Source of the DNA: an uncultured Gammaproteobacteria bacterium
GTDB lineage: Bacteria > Patescibacteriota > Microgenomatia > UBA8517
Reading direction: 5' to 3'
NCBI GenBank assembly: GCA_964489145.1
Contig: CAZAXL010000004.1
Location: 8,176 to 72,175, forward strand
DNA: 64,000 nucleotides
The notes under the pieces are model-generated. The model was not told the origin of the DNA and did no database searches. It saw only the letters and a list, made by a program, of their open reading frames with translations. Every line of letters starts with the position of its first letter. Position 1 is the stretch's first letter. Below are positions 1-8,998 of this stretch, one piece after another. The translations under genes and the position numbers were made by a program.

Positions 1-63
1 ATTCTTTCAGAATTTCTAGCATCACGTTCCCGCAGTCGGGAATGTGTTGTAGAATGATCAAGC

Positions 64-1989
64 ATGTCAGATATTAGTATAGCTGGTTTAAACGAACAAC
101 AAAAACTGGCAGTCACTTATACCGACGGGCCGCTTTTGGTTTTGGCGGGGGCGGGCTCCGGAAAGACTAAAGTTCTGACCCATCGTGTTGCATATTTTAT
201 TTCAAAAGGCTTAATGAAACCTGAAAATGCTCTTCTTTTAACATTCACCAATAAAGCCGCTAACGAGATGAAAGAAAGAATTGTTAAACTCCTGAGCAAA
301 CAAACATCCGTCGCCGGCTCTCAACCACTGGCTACTACTTTTCATTCTTTTTGCGCAAAGGTCTTAAGAGTAGATGGAGAGAATATTGGAATTCCCCAAA
401 ATTTCATTATCTATGACGATCAGGATCAAAAGGAAGCAGTTAAACAGATAATGGAGAGGCTTAATATTTCAATCGAACAGTTTAATCCTTCTTCGATTCT
501 CAACGGAATCAGTGAAGCCAAAAATCAAATGCTTAGTCCGGAAGAATATTTAAATTTAGCAAGAAGCGATTGGCAGGAAATTGCCGCCAAAGTTTACCTT
601 GAGTACGAAAAAATTCTTAAAGAAGTCGGGGCTCTGGATTTTGACGATCTTCTTATTAAAACAGTTAAACTTTTCAAAGACGTACCTCAAGTTTTGGAGA
701 AGTGGCAAAAAAGACTTACACATATCTTTATTGATGAATGGCAGGACACAAACAAAATTCAATATATTTTGGCAAAACTTCTTGTGGGCGGGAGTAAAAA
801 TATTACCGCGGTAGGAGATGCTTCCCAGTCTATTTATTCCTGGCGCGGAGCCGACTTCCGAAATATTAATTATCTTGTGCGCGACTACCCCAATATAAAA
901 GTAATTAATCTTGAACAAAATTACAGATCTACGCAGAACATCCTTGACGCAGCCAACCTGGTCATATCAAAAAATACGAGTCATCCTATTTTGAAGCTTT
1001 GGACTGAAAAAGATAAGGGGTCAAAAATCAAACTATATTCAGCCAGGAACGGATTTGATGAGGCAGATTTTATTGTTTCAGAAATTCAATCTCACAATTC
1101 CGAATACGGTGACTTTGCTGTGCTTTATCGCACCAATGCACAATCCCGTGTTTTGGAAGAAGCATTCCTGCACGCAGGCATTCCCTATATTCTTGTCGGT
1201 GGAGTTAAATTTTACGCTAGACGCGAAATTAAAGATGTTCTGGCTTTTGTCAGATACTTTGTAAATCCAAAGGATCCTGTATCCAGAAAAAGGATTGGAA
1301 AACTTGGTAAAACCAGGCTGAAAAAGTATGAAGAACTTGTGAGAACTTGGAAAGAGAGTAATAGAAAGTTGAAAGATCTTAGTACTCTTGAGATTTTGGA
1401 TGAAATCATTCAAAAAACAGATTATCTTGCTCTTTTCCAAAAGGAAACCGAGGAAAATTTGGCTAGATTGGAAAACCTGAAAGAGCTGCGAAGCGTGGCA
1501 ACAGAGTTTCCCGATGTTAATGAATTTTTAGAAAACGTCGCTTTAGTTGAGGCATCTCAAGATTCCAACAAACATATCACTCCCAATGCCCAGTCAGGTG
1601 AACACGTAACCCTTATGACTCTCCACGCCGCTAAGGGTCTGGAGTTTCCGGCCATTTTCATAATAGGTATGGAGGAGGGGCTTTTCCCTCACAGCAGATC
1701 CTTGATGGACACAGACCAGCTGGAAGAAGAACGCCGGCTTGCTTATGTAGGAATTACACGGGCCAAAGATATCCTCTATCTCACTTATGCATCCTCCCGT
1801 CTTTATTTCGGGGAAAGAATCAGTAATCCTCCAAGCAGGTTCATTATGGACATTCCTGAGAATTTATTGGAAAACATCGGAGGAGAGAGCATAAAACCGA
1901 TTGAAAAATTTAAACTGGATTCCATAGATGATATAAAGGGGACTTTTGACGATATAATAGATAAGTATCTGCCACACAATAATGAATAA
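64..1989 (+). CDS. UvrD/PcrA-family ATP-dependent DNA helicase (short form, 641 aa)
   Basis: Walker A GAGSGKT near N-terminus, DEWQDTN (motif II), QNYRST (motif III), VGITRAKDILYL (motif VI); typical SF1A helicase layout. Confidence 0.8.
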   Translation: MSDISIAGLNEQQKLAVTYTDGPLLVLAGAGSGKTKVLTHRVAYFISKGLMKPENALLLTFTNKAANEMKERIVKLLSKQTSVAGSQPLATTFHSFCAKVLRVDGENIGIPQNFIIYDDQDQKEAVKQIMERLNISIEQFNPSSILNGISEAKNQMLSPEEYLNLARSDWQEIAAKVYLEYEKILKEVGALDFDDLLIKTVKLFKDVPQVLEKWQKRLTHIFIDEWQDTNKIQYILAKLLVGGSKNITAVGDASQSIYSWRGADFRNINYLVRDYPNIKVINLEQNYRSTQNILDAANLVISKNTSHPILKLWTEKDKGSKIKLYSARNGFDEADFIVSEIQSHNSEYGDFAVLYRTNAQSRVLEEAFLHAGIPYILVGGVKFYARREIKDVLAFVRYFVNPKDPVSRKRIGKLGKTRLKKYEELVRTWKESNRKLKDLSTLEILDEIIQKTDYLALFQKETEENLARLENLKELRSVATEFPDVNEFLENVALVEASQDSNKHITPNAQSGEHVTLMTLHAAKGLEFPAIFIIGMEEGLFPHSRSLMDTDQLEEERRLAYVGITRAKDILYLTYASSRLYFGERISNPPSRFIMDIPENLLENIGGESIKPIEKFKLDSIDDIKGTFDDIIDKYLPHNNE

Positions 1990-2959
1990 CTTGGACCAAA
2001 TTGCCACACACCCTTTGCAAACTTCTTTTTGGAGAGAATTTAGGAAATCCTGGGGAAATGAAGTTCTTGAAACAAAATACGGAATCCTGACTCTTCACAA
2101 ATTGCCATCAACAAACTACAAAATCGGCATGTTTATAAAGGGGCCGGAACCCAGTCAGCCAATGCTTACAGACTTAAAAGAAATTGGCAGAAAATACAAA
2201 CTTGTTTTCATCAAGTTAGAACCGAATGTTGGTTGGGAATTTCCAATTTCCGATCCAAAATCTTCAATTAAGTCCAAACTAATTAAATTACTGAAACAAA
2301 ACGGAGCTGTGCAAGGAAAGACACTATTTACACCCACCACTTTTCAAATAGATCTGTCCCCAGGTGAAGAAGAATTAATGAAAGGCTTCTCAAGTAAAAC
2401 CCGCTATAACATCAGGCTGGCCGAAAGGAAAGGTGTAATGGTCAAGGAAGACGGCTCCGACAAAGCTTTTACAAAATATCTTGAGCTAACCCGCGAAACC
2501 GTTGGAAGACAAGGATTTTTTGCCCATACTGAAAAATATCACCGGCTGATGTGGAACATTTTGAAAAAAGCCGGAATAGCCCACTTGATGGTTGCTACTT
2601 ATCAGGGTGAAATTATCACCACCTGGATCCTTTTTGTCTGGAAAGACTTTTTATATTACCCATATGGGGCCTCTACCGAAAAACATAAAGAAGTCATGGC
2701 CAACAACCTCATGGTGTGGGAGGCAATAAAATTCGGCAAAAAACTCGGACTTACCACTTTTGATCTCTGGGGGAGGGAAGAAGGTAAAGGTTTTACAAAA
2801 TTTAAGCAAGGTTTCAGCCCGAAAGTAATAGAATTTTTAGGTACGTGGGATCTGGTAATAAACAAACCGCTTTACATGATTTATAAGATAGCCGAATATA
2901 TCAGGTGGCCCATACTTAAGTTGTTTGCGGCGTTTGGATTATCGAAACACAGATTTTAA
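1982..2959 (+). CDS. FemAB-family peptidoglycan interpeptide-bridge aminoacyltransferase (FemX-like)
   Basis: FemAB-like signatures FIKLEPNV and KTRYNIRLAERKGV; ~325 aa GNAT-like size; 8-nt overlap with upstream helicase. Confidence 0.55.
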   Translation: MNNLDQIATHPLQTSFWREFRKSWGNEVLETKYGILTLHKLPSTNYKIGMFIKGPEPSQPMLTDLKEIGRKYKLVFIKLEPNVGWEFPISDPKSSIKSKLIKLLKQNGAVQGKTLFTPTTFQIDLSPGEEELMKGFSSKTRYNIRLAERKGVMVKEDGSDKAFTKYLELTRETVGRQGFFAHTEKYHRLMWNILKKAGIAHLMVATYQGEIITTWILFVWKDFLYYPYGASTEKHKEVMANNLMVWEAIKFGKKLGLTTFDLWGREEGKGFTKFKQGFSPKVIEFLGTWDLVINKPLYMIYKIAEYIRWPILKLFAAFGLSKHRF

Positions 2960-2979
2960 AATTTAAGGAGTGGAAAAAA

Positions 2980-3345
2980 ATGAATAAGAAAATCGTAATT
3001 GCAGTATTTATTTTCATTATGGTTGGCTTTCTGGTGTGGTTGTATTTTAAACCCGCAAAAATAACAACTACCCAGTCAACTAATGACACCACTGCGACGG
3101 CAGACATTACTATTTCGAACTTTAATTTTTCACCGTCATCTTTTACTGTCAATGTGGGACAAAAAATTAGTGTTGTAAATAAGGACTCTGTACAGCATTC
3201 ACTGACGTCCGATGATAAATCGTTTGACACGAGACTCTTATCAACCGGCCGGGAGGGAAGTTTTACGGCACCGACGACTCCGGGAACTTATAAATTCCAC
3301 TGTGCGCCGCACCCAGATATGACAGGCACGCTAATTGTGCAGTAA
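2980..3345 (+). CDS. Membrane-anchored cupredoxin (type-1 blue copper protein, plastocyanin/amicyanin-like)
   Basis: N-terminal TM helix; C-terminal type-1 Cu ligand pattern H...C-x2-H-x2-M (YKFHCAPHPDMTG). Confidence 0.6.
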   Translation: MNKKIVIAVFIFIMVGFLVWLYFKPAKITTTQSTNDTTATADITISNFNFSPSSFTVNVGQKISVVNKDSVQHSLTSDDKSFDTRLLSTGREGSFTAPTTPGTYKFHCAPHPDMTGTLIVQ

Positions 3346-3360
3346 GTTATACTTACTCAA

Positions 3361-4206
3361 ATGGTAGATATACGCCAATCTGTTCATTTTGCCAACTATC
3401 TTAAAAGGCTTGGCTGGACGGTTGAGCGGATCGGAGAGATAAACTACTTCATTAAGAGAATACCCATCGTGGGCTCCATACTCAAGCTGCAGCATCCTGA
3501 AGAAATCAGAATGGATACAATACAAAAGTTATCCCGAAAATATGGTGTTTTCCAGATGATTATAGAACCCAAGAACGACTTGGATGCTAAATATTTAGTG
3601 TCTTCCGGCTTCAAGCTGGCCAAAAGCACGTATTTACCCTCAAAAACCCTCCAAATTGATCTAACTCAGAGCCAGGAACAAATTCTTCGCAATTTTAAAA
3701 AAGATGCGAGACGGGTGATAAAAAGGGGGGAGAGTGTTTATATAAAAGAATGCTCAACCCCCGATGAAATCAAAATATTCCGAAGGGAGTGGAAAAAATC
3801 TGTTAAATTTGATCATTATGTAATAAGTACTGAGCAACTCGTTAAGTTAAAGGAAAGTTTTCCACATTCTAAGTCCCTATTCCTTGCGTCGCACAATATA
3901 TCTGGCAGAATTATAGGAGGAGTGATTTTCACGACTTCTTCACACGAAAGATCAAACTATATCACATATTACTGGCAAGCATTCACAAATAAAGAAGGGC
4001 GCTCTACCCTATCCCAATATTCCCTCCTCTGGAGAGGTATACTATGGGCTAAAAAGCAGGGTTATAAGATCTTTGATTTTGAAGGTATCTTTGATCCCCG
4101 CTTCCCCAACAAAAGCTGGTTGGGATTCACCCACTTCAAGCGCTCTTTCGGCGGCCACGAAGTAGAATATCCAGGTTGTTATACCAAACTTCGCCTACCT
4201 TTATAA
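3361..4206 (+). CDS. Second FemAB-family aminoacyltransferase-like protein
   Basis: LQIDLTQSQEQILRNFKKDARRVIKRGE resembles FemAB core (..idL..s.e.l...KktRynIRkA.k.gv). Confidence 0.45.
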   Translation: MVDIRQSVHFANYLKRLGWTVERIGEINYFIKRIPIVGSILKLQHPEEIRMDTIQKLSRKYGVFQMIIEPKNDLDAKYLVSSGFKLAKSTYLPSKTLQIDLTQSQEQILRNFKKDARRVIKRGESVYIKECSTPDEIKIFRREWKKSVKFDHYVISTEQLVKLKESFPHSKSLFLASHNISGRIIGGVIFTTSSHERSNYITYYWQAFTNKEGRSTLSQYSLLWRGILWAKKQGYKIFDFEGIFDPRFPNKSWLGFTHFKRSFGGHEVEYPGCYTKLRLPL

Positions 4207-4222
4207 CAACCAGGCTTAATGA

Positions 4223-7189
4223 TTATTCTTCACTCTTACAAAACAGTGAAAACTCACAACCCATCTGGCAAAACATGTGGTTGCTACACTTAAGGTCGGA
4301 TTTTTCTATTTCGTCCCTGATTTTAAGAATTTCGGTAACAGCATCTTCTAGTTGTTTTGCTGTACGTGTTGTAGAAATTTTCTCCTGATTATCCAAGAAG
4401 TATAAAGATAATTTAATTTTATCCGGAGTTTTTCCAAATGGTTCAGTTGGAATTTTAGATGCAGCTAGAGCATAGAAACTAAGTTGTAAATTTTTATCAA
4501 CTTCTCGCTGGGATGGAATTGTTGCCCCGGTTTTATAATCAACAATTTCTATTTCTCCGTTGCCCAAATTGTCCACCCTATCAAGCCGCCCGCCAATTTT
4601 CAAATCTTTGCCAAGCGGTATTGTGAATGGCAGTTCCAGTGCAGTCGGAAAAATCTTCGGATTAAATCCCTGCTTCAAAAATCCTGATAAATATAATTTA
4701 CCTTTATTAAAAAATTCTTTCTCGTGAGATTTACTCTTAAACCCTTCTTTTACCCAATTATTTTCAAGAAGTTCATAAATAAACTTTTCTGTTGGTTTTG
4801 ATCCTGCAGCTACCTCTTCAAAAAAATTCTTTAGAGTTGCGTGAATCGCCGTTCCGAAACTTTGAGATGCAGATGGTGGTGTCGGAATTTTCAAAATATA
4901 TTTGAGTTTGTAATGAAGTGGACAAGTTTGGAAAGTTTCAATTTGACTGAAACTTAGATAATCAACATGGAAATCTTTTTCCGGCAGTGTCTCTTTAATA
5001 CCAGTTTTAATTCCATAATCGAGAAAGGACAGTTGGGCAGCCTTAATGAAAGTTTTTTCAGCTCCCATTACTTTCTCCCCCAAAGCCTCGAAAATAAATG
5101 GAGATAGTTTTTTCTCACGCTTCCCCTCTCCATAATAATCGGCAGCTGTAAAATACAGCCTTTCTTTCGCCCTTGTCATACCCACGTAGAACAGACGGCG
5201 TTCTTCCTCCAGGTGAAAGTCCCCCACTGGCAAGACCTCTTTTATAAGCTCATTAGGAATCGGGATTTGTTCACGGCGTTCTGTTGTAGGAAACCTTTGA
5301 GAAACCAGGTTGGCAAGAAAGATCACCGGAAACTCCAATCCTTTTGCGGAATGAGCAGTTAAAATATTTACGGCGTTAATTTCAGTCCAGTCTTCGTTTG
5401 CAGCCAAAGGACTCTCCCCAAGCTCCATTGAAAGATCCAGCCAGTCGACAACAGCGGTGATGGTCGCGTCTTGATTATCAACCTCATAGGTTTTGAGCTT
5501 ATCGAAAAATTTGGAAATATTTTTGGCTTTGCTTTCGGCCTCTACCGATGCCGGAGACAAAAGCTTCTGAATAAGTCCCGTCTCCTCAAGAAAATAATAA
5601 AGTATTTGTCCGGCAGTCTCCCGACGTGTGAGACCAAGATGTTTTTTAATAATACCAACCAATTTAACAACCTTTTCTTTACTGTCACCGGACAGAACTG
5701 GCCAATCTGATGCCTTTCGCGAAGTATCCGTCTCCGATAAGGGAGAGTTTTTTGCTACGATTTCTGCAGTTTCAAAAAGTGAAAGGTTATATTTTTTTGC
5801 ATAATTCCCCATTGCAGCAATGTCGCGCGGGGCAATATCGAAATACTCATTTGATAAAACTTTATAGAAGGCTACGGAATCTTCAAAGTTATAAAGAACT
5901 TTAAGGTATGAAATTAAGTCAACTATCTCGGACTGTTTAAATAGTCTTCCCGGACCCAAAAATTGATAAGGAATTCCGTGGCGAGATAGTGCCCTCATAA
6001 TTGGCTCTGAATGATTGTTGGCGCGAACCAGTATTGCAAAATCCCCCCATTTATATTTCCGGTCTTCCTCTGTTATCTTTTTTATTTCTTTGGCGATAAT
6101 ATCTGCTTCATTTTCGACTCTGTCGGCATGAATGAATTTTATTTCGGCACCATCTTTTGCAACCTGAGACTTTAATCTTTTATCTATTTTTTCAACCACT
6201 TCCAACCTGTCAGGGTCATTAAACCTAATTAGATCATGACTTCGGTCAAGAATTTCCTGGGTGCTTCTGTAATTTTTAGTCAAAACTATGACTTTAGCCT
6301 TCGGATAGCTACTTCTAAATTGAATTATGTTGCTTACCGCCGCCCCCCTAAACCTATAAATACTTTGATCATCATCCCCCACCACATTTATATTTCCGGT
6401 CTTTCCCGCCAAGATTTGGGTTAATTCATTTTGAGCATAATTGGTATCCTGAAATTCATCTACAAGAACATATTTAAATTGTTTTTGATACTCGGCTAAA
6501 ATATTTGGTCTGTCCCTGAAAAGCTTCAATGTCTTTGTTATTAAATCCCCGAAGTCCATTAGGCCTTCCTTAACTTTTATCTCATCATATGCCTTATATG
6601 CCTTAGCAAGTTCTGTATATTTTTCTCCTTCAATTTTTTCCTCGTCGCTCAATTTGGAATTTGGAATTTGGAATTTGGAACTTGCCCAATCAAGATATTG
6701 ACTGGGCGACACATCTTCATCCTGCAACCGGCTAAAGTGCTGAAGCATTCCACTTATAAATTTATTTGGATTTCCAAGAGGTCTGAAATAATTTAAATCC
6801 AGTTTAAAAAGATTTTTTCGCAGAAGCTGGATGGCACTCGCCTCTGACATCAATTTATATCTTGGGTCAAGCCCGATGTGTAGAGCTTCCCGCCGGAGAA
6901 TTCTGTCGCAGAAGGAGTGAAAGGTCATTATCCACATTTGTGTATAACCGTAAGGAAGACCAACATCCACCCTTTCCTCCATTTCGCGGGCTGCTTTATC
7001 TGTAAAAGTTAAGGCAAGGATCTCAGAGGGTTTTGCATGTTTACCAAGAATTAAATATTTTATTCTCTCTGTAACAACTGTAGTTTTTCCGGTTCCCGCA
7101 CCGGCAATAATAAGGAGAGGTCCCTTGCCAAATTTAATCGCATCGATTTGTTCTTTATTTAGTTTTAAATTTGAAAGGTTTTTCGTCAT
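4223..7189 (-). CDS. UvrD-family helicase fused to C-terminal RecB/Cas4-like PD-(D/E)xK nuclease with Cys4 (Fe-S) cluster (AddA/AddB-like single polypeptide)
   Basis: Walker A GAGTGKT, DEFQDTN, QNYRST, VGMTRAKERLY; nuclease motif GRLDRVDNLGNGEIEIVDYKTG; Cys upstream (TFQTCPLHY) and terminal CSNHMFCQMGCEFSLFC. Confidence 0.75.
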   Translation of the reverse strand: MTKNLSNLKLNKEQIDAIKFGKGPLLIIAGAGTGKTTVVTERIKYLILGKHAKPSEILALTFTDKAAREMEERVDVGLPYGYTQMWIMTFHSFCDRILRREALHIGLDPRYKLMSEASAIQLLRKNLFKLDLNYFRPLGNPNKFISGMLQHFSRLQDEDVSPSQYLDWASSKFQIPNSKLSDEEKIEGEKYTELAKAYKAYDEIKVKEGLMDFGDLITKTLKLFRDRPNILAEYQKQFKYVLVDEFQDTNYAQNELTQILAGKTGNINVVGDDDQSIYRFRGAAVSNIIQFRSSYPKAKVIVLTKNYRSTQEILDRSHDLIRFNDPDRLEVVEKIDKRLKSQVAKDGAEIKFIHADRVENEADIIAKEIKKITEEDRKYKWGDFAILVRANNHSEPIMRALSRHGIPYQFLGPGRLFKQSEIVDLISYLKVLYNFEDSVAFYKVLSNEYFDIAPRDIAAMGNYAKKYNLSLFETAEIVAKNSPLSETDTSRKASDWPVLSGDSKEKVVKLVGIIKKHLGLTRRETAGQILYYFLEETGLIQKLLSPASVEAESKAKNISKFFDKLKTYEVDNQDATITAVVDWLDLSMELGESPLAANEDWTEINAVNILTAHSAKGLEFPVIFLANLVSQRFPTTERREQIPIPNELIKEVLPVGDFHLEEERRLFYVGMTRAKERLYFTAADYYGEGKREKKLSPFIFEALGEKVMGAEKTFIKAAQLSFLDYGIKTGIKETLPEKDFHVDYLSFSQIETFQTCPLHYKLKYILKIPTPPSASQSFGTAIHATLKNFFEEVAAGSKPTEKFIYELLENNWVKEGFKSKSHEKEFFNKGKLYLSGFLKQGFNPKIFPTALELPFTIPLGKDLKIGGRLDRVDNLGNGEIEIVDYKTGATIPSQREVDKNLQLSFYALAASKIPTEPFGKTPDKIKLSLYFLDNQEKISTTRTAKQLEDAVTEILKIRDEIEKSDLKCSNHMFCQMGCEFSLFCKSEE

Positions 7190-8190
7190 TGTCCTTCTAC
7201 TTCCTTTTCATCCTTCTTGAGTCCGTCTCCTAAGTTTTGTGTAGAAGAGATTTTTTGACCCAACTGGTTAAATGAAGAGAAAACGTTAGTCATCATGTTG
7301 TAGGCATTGTTTAAATGTTTTTGAAGTGTTCCCAAATTTTCTTCAACTTTTCCGTAATCTTTTTGGATTGCTCTTAAAATCCTGAAAACCTCTTTTGATT
7401 TTAATTCAAGATCCTTTCCCTCAAAAGAAAGAAGAAGGACTTGAAGATGGGCATATAAAGTATTGGGGGAAACCGGATAGACCCTAAGACGTCTGGCAAA
7501 AGTAGAAAGCTCGGGAATATTGACTGCTTCGTAATAAACGGCTTCCGACGGAATATACATTAAAGCAAAATCCATTGTTCCCTCCTCGGGAAGTATGTAT
7601 TTTCTACCGATATCTTCGATGTGTTTTTTAACATCCTGTATAAATTGCTTTTTAGCGGAGTTTCGTTCTCCTTCGGTTTCGGCTGTATGCATCAAGTTAA
7701 AATTCTCCATCGGAAATTTGGAATCAATACAAAGCAACCCCGCATCGGTTTTCAAAACAGCATCAACTTTCACTCCACTTTTAAACGGATACTGCAAATG
7801 AAAAGCGTTTTTGGGAAAAGTTTGCCCAATCATCTCTTTTAAAACTTCCTCCCCAAGTCCCCCGCGGAGTTTTGGCGACTGCAAAAAATCCTGAAGGGTG
7901 CGGATTCCCTTTCCAATCTCACTCATTTCACCTAAATTTCTCTGTACTTGTGAGATGACTCTAGCGGCGTTATCTAACCGTTCATTCATTGCCTGAGTAT
8001 TTTTTTGCAAGGAAGATAGAAGATCCCGTCTGTCCTCGCGGGAACCACTTTGAAGAGTTTTTATTATTTCCAAAAGCTCATCGGAGGGCTTTTGGGATTC
8101 TTTCAGATCAATTAGTTTTCTGTTAATAAATAGGGCTACAATCAGGAGGGCGGCTAATACTATAATAAGGGTAATAATAGGATCCATCAC
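7186..8190 (-). CDS. rmuC: DNA recombination protein RmuC homolog
   Basis: N-terminal TM, coiled-coil region, conserved C-terminal block LPEEGTMDFALMYIPSEAVYYEA; ATGA overlap with upstream helicase-nuclease. Confidence 0.6.
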   Translation of the reverse strand: MMDPIITLIIVLAALLIVALFINRKLIDLKESQKPSDELLEIIKTLQSGSREDRRDLLSSLQKNTQAMNERLDNAARVISQVQRNLGEMSEIGKGIRTLQDFLQSPKLRGGLGEEVLKEMIGQTFPKNAFHLQYPFKSGVKVDAVLKTDAGLLCIDSKFPMENFNLMHTAETEGERNSAKKQFIQDVKKHIEDIGRKYILPEEGTMDFALMYIPSEAVYYEAVNIPELSTFARRLRVYPVSPNTLYAHLQVLLLSFEGKDLELKSKEVFRILRAIQKDYGKVEENLGTLQKHLNNAYNMMTNVFSSFNQLGQKISSTQNLGDGLKKDEKEVEGQ

Positions 8191-8221
8191 TCAATTCTAG
8201 AGTAAAAATTTAAAATTACAA

Positions 8222-8557
8222 ATGAAGAAACATTTCAGAAAAGAACAAATTTTAAAAAGAAAGAATTTTCTTCCGACTCTACTTTTGACAATTCTTCTTT
8301 GGATTCTTTTTGCGGGACTTGTTTATTTTGTCGATCCCCAAACATTTGGAGCAGTGCCACTATTTTTCCTGTTGCTTTTTATCACCTTACTTTTTACATT
8401 TTCCTTGCTTTTTGCCAATTCCCGCCGCGGTCTTGTTATTTCCCTGTCTCTCATTCTTTTTTTTATTCTTTTACTCCTAGGCATCGGAAATGTATTAAAT
8501 TTGATCTTAATACTTGCAATAGCGGTCTGTGTCGAGCTATATTTCTCAACTAGATAA
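8222..8557 (+). CDS. Small hydrophobic membrane protein (3 predicted TM)
   Basis: 111 aa, highly hydrophobic, no recognisable motif. Confidence 0.35.
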   Translation: MKKHFRKEQILKRKNFLPTLLLTILLWILFAGLVYFVDPQTFGAVPLFFLLLFITLLFTFSLLFANSRRGLVISLSLILFFILLLLGIGNVLNLILILAIAVCVELYFSTR

Positions 8558-8629
8558 GCTGCGTTGGCAATAAAATTACCAACGGTCTTGTCATACAAGT
8601 ATAGATTCTAGCTTACAGCTAGGAAAATT

Positions 8630-8965
8630 ATGATGAATCCATCACTCAAAAAGCAGCTTCTTAAAACTTTTTCCAAGATGATAGATGACCTTGAGGGTTT
8701 GAGTGAGATTGAAATATTTTTGAAGGATTTTTTTGACGATGTAGAGCTTGAAAGATATATCAAAAGAATAGCCATTGCTTATTGGCTCAAAAAAGGCAGA
8801 GATAAAGAAAATATTAAAAGAAACCTACTTGCCACCCCAAAAGAAATACTTGATGCGGAAAAATTACTCAAAAAAGACGGGGTCAAACTTGCTCTCAAGA
8901 AAATGGAGGCTGAAGAGTGGGCCAATGTCTGGGCCGAAAAAATTAAAAATTTTACCAAGAAGTAG
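8630..8965 (+). CDS. TrpR-like YerC/YecD-family small protein (putative)
   Basis: FLKDFFDDVELERYIKRIAIAYWLKKG resembles YerC FFDDLCTVNEIQSLAQRLQVAKMIKQG block. Confidence 0.35.
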   Translation: MMNPSLKKQLLKTFSKMIDDLEGLSEIEIFLKDFFDDVELERYIKRIAIAYWLKKGRDKENIKRNLLATPKEILDAEKLLKKDGVKLALKKMEAEEWANVWAEKIKNFTKK

Positions 8966-8998
8966 CTTCAATCCCCTCTTAAGCTGTACAATACAACC

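Noticed and set aside
8299-8598. Overlapping ORFs 8299..8553 (+) and 8323..8598 (-)
   Set aside because: Alternative frames of the 111-aa membrane-protein gene 8222..8557, with no distinguishing features.
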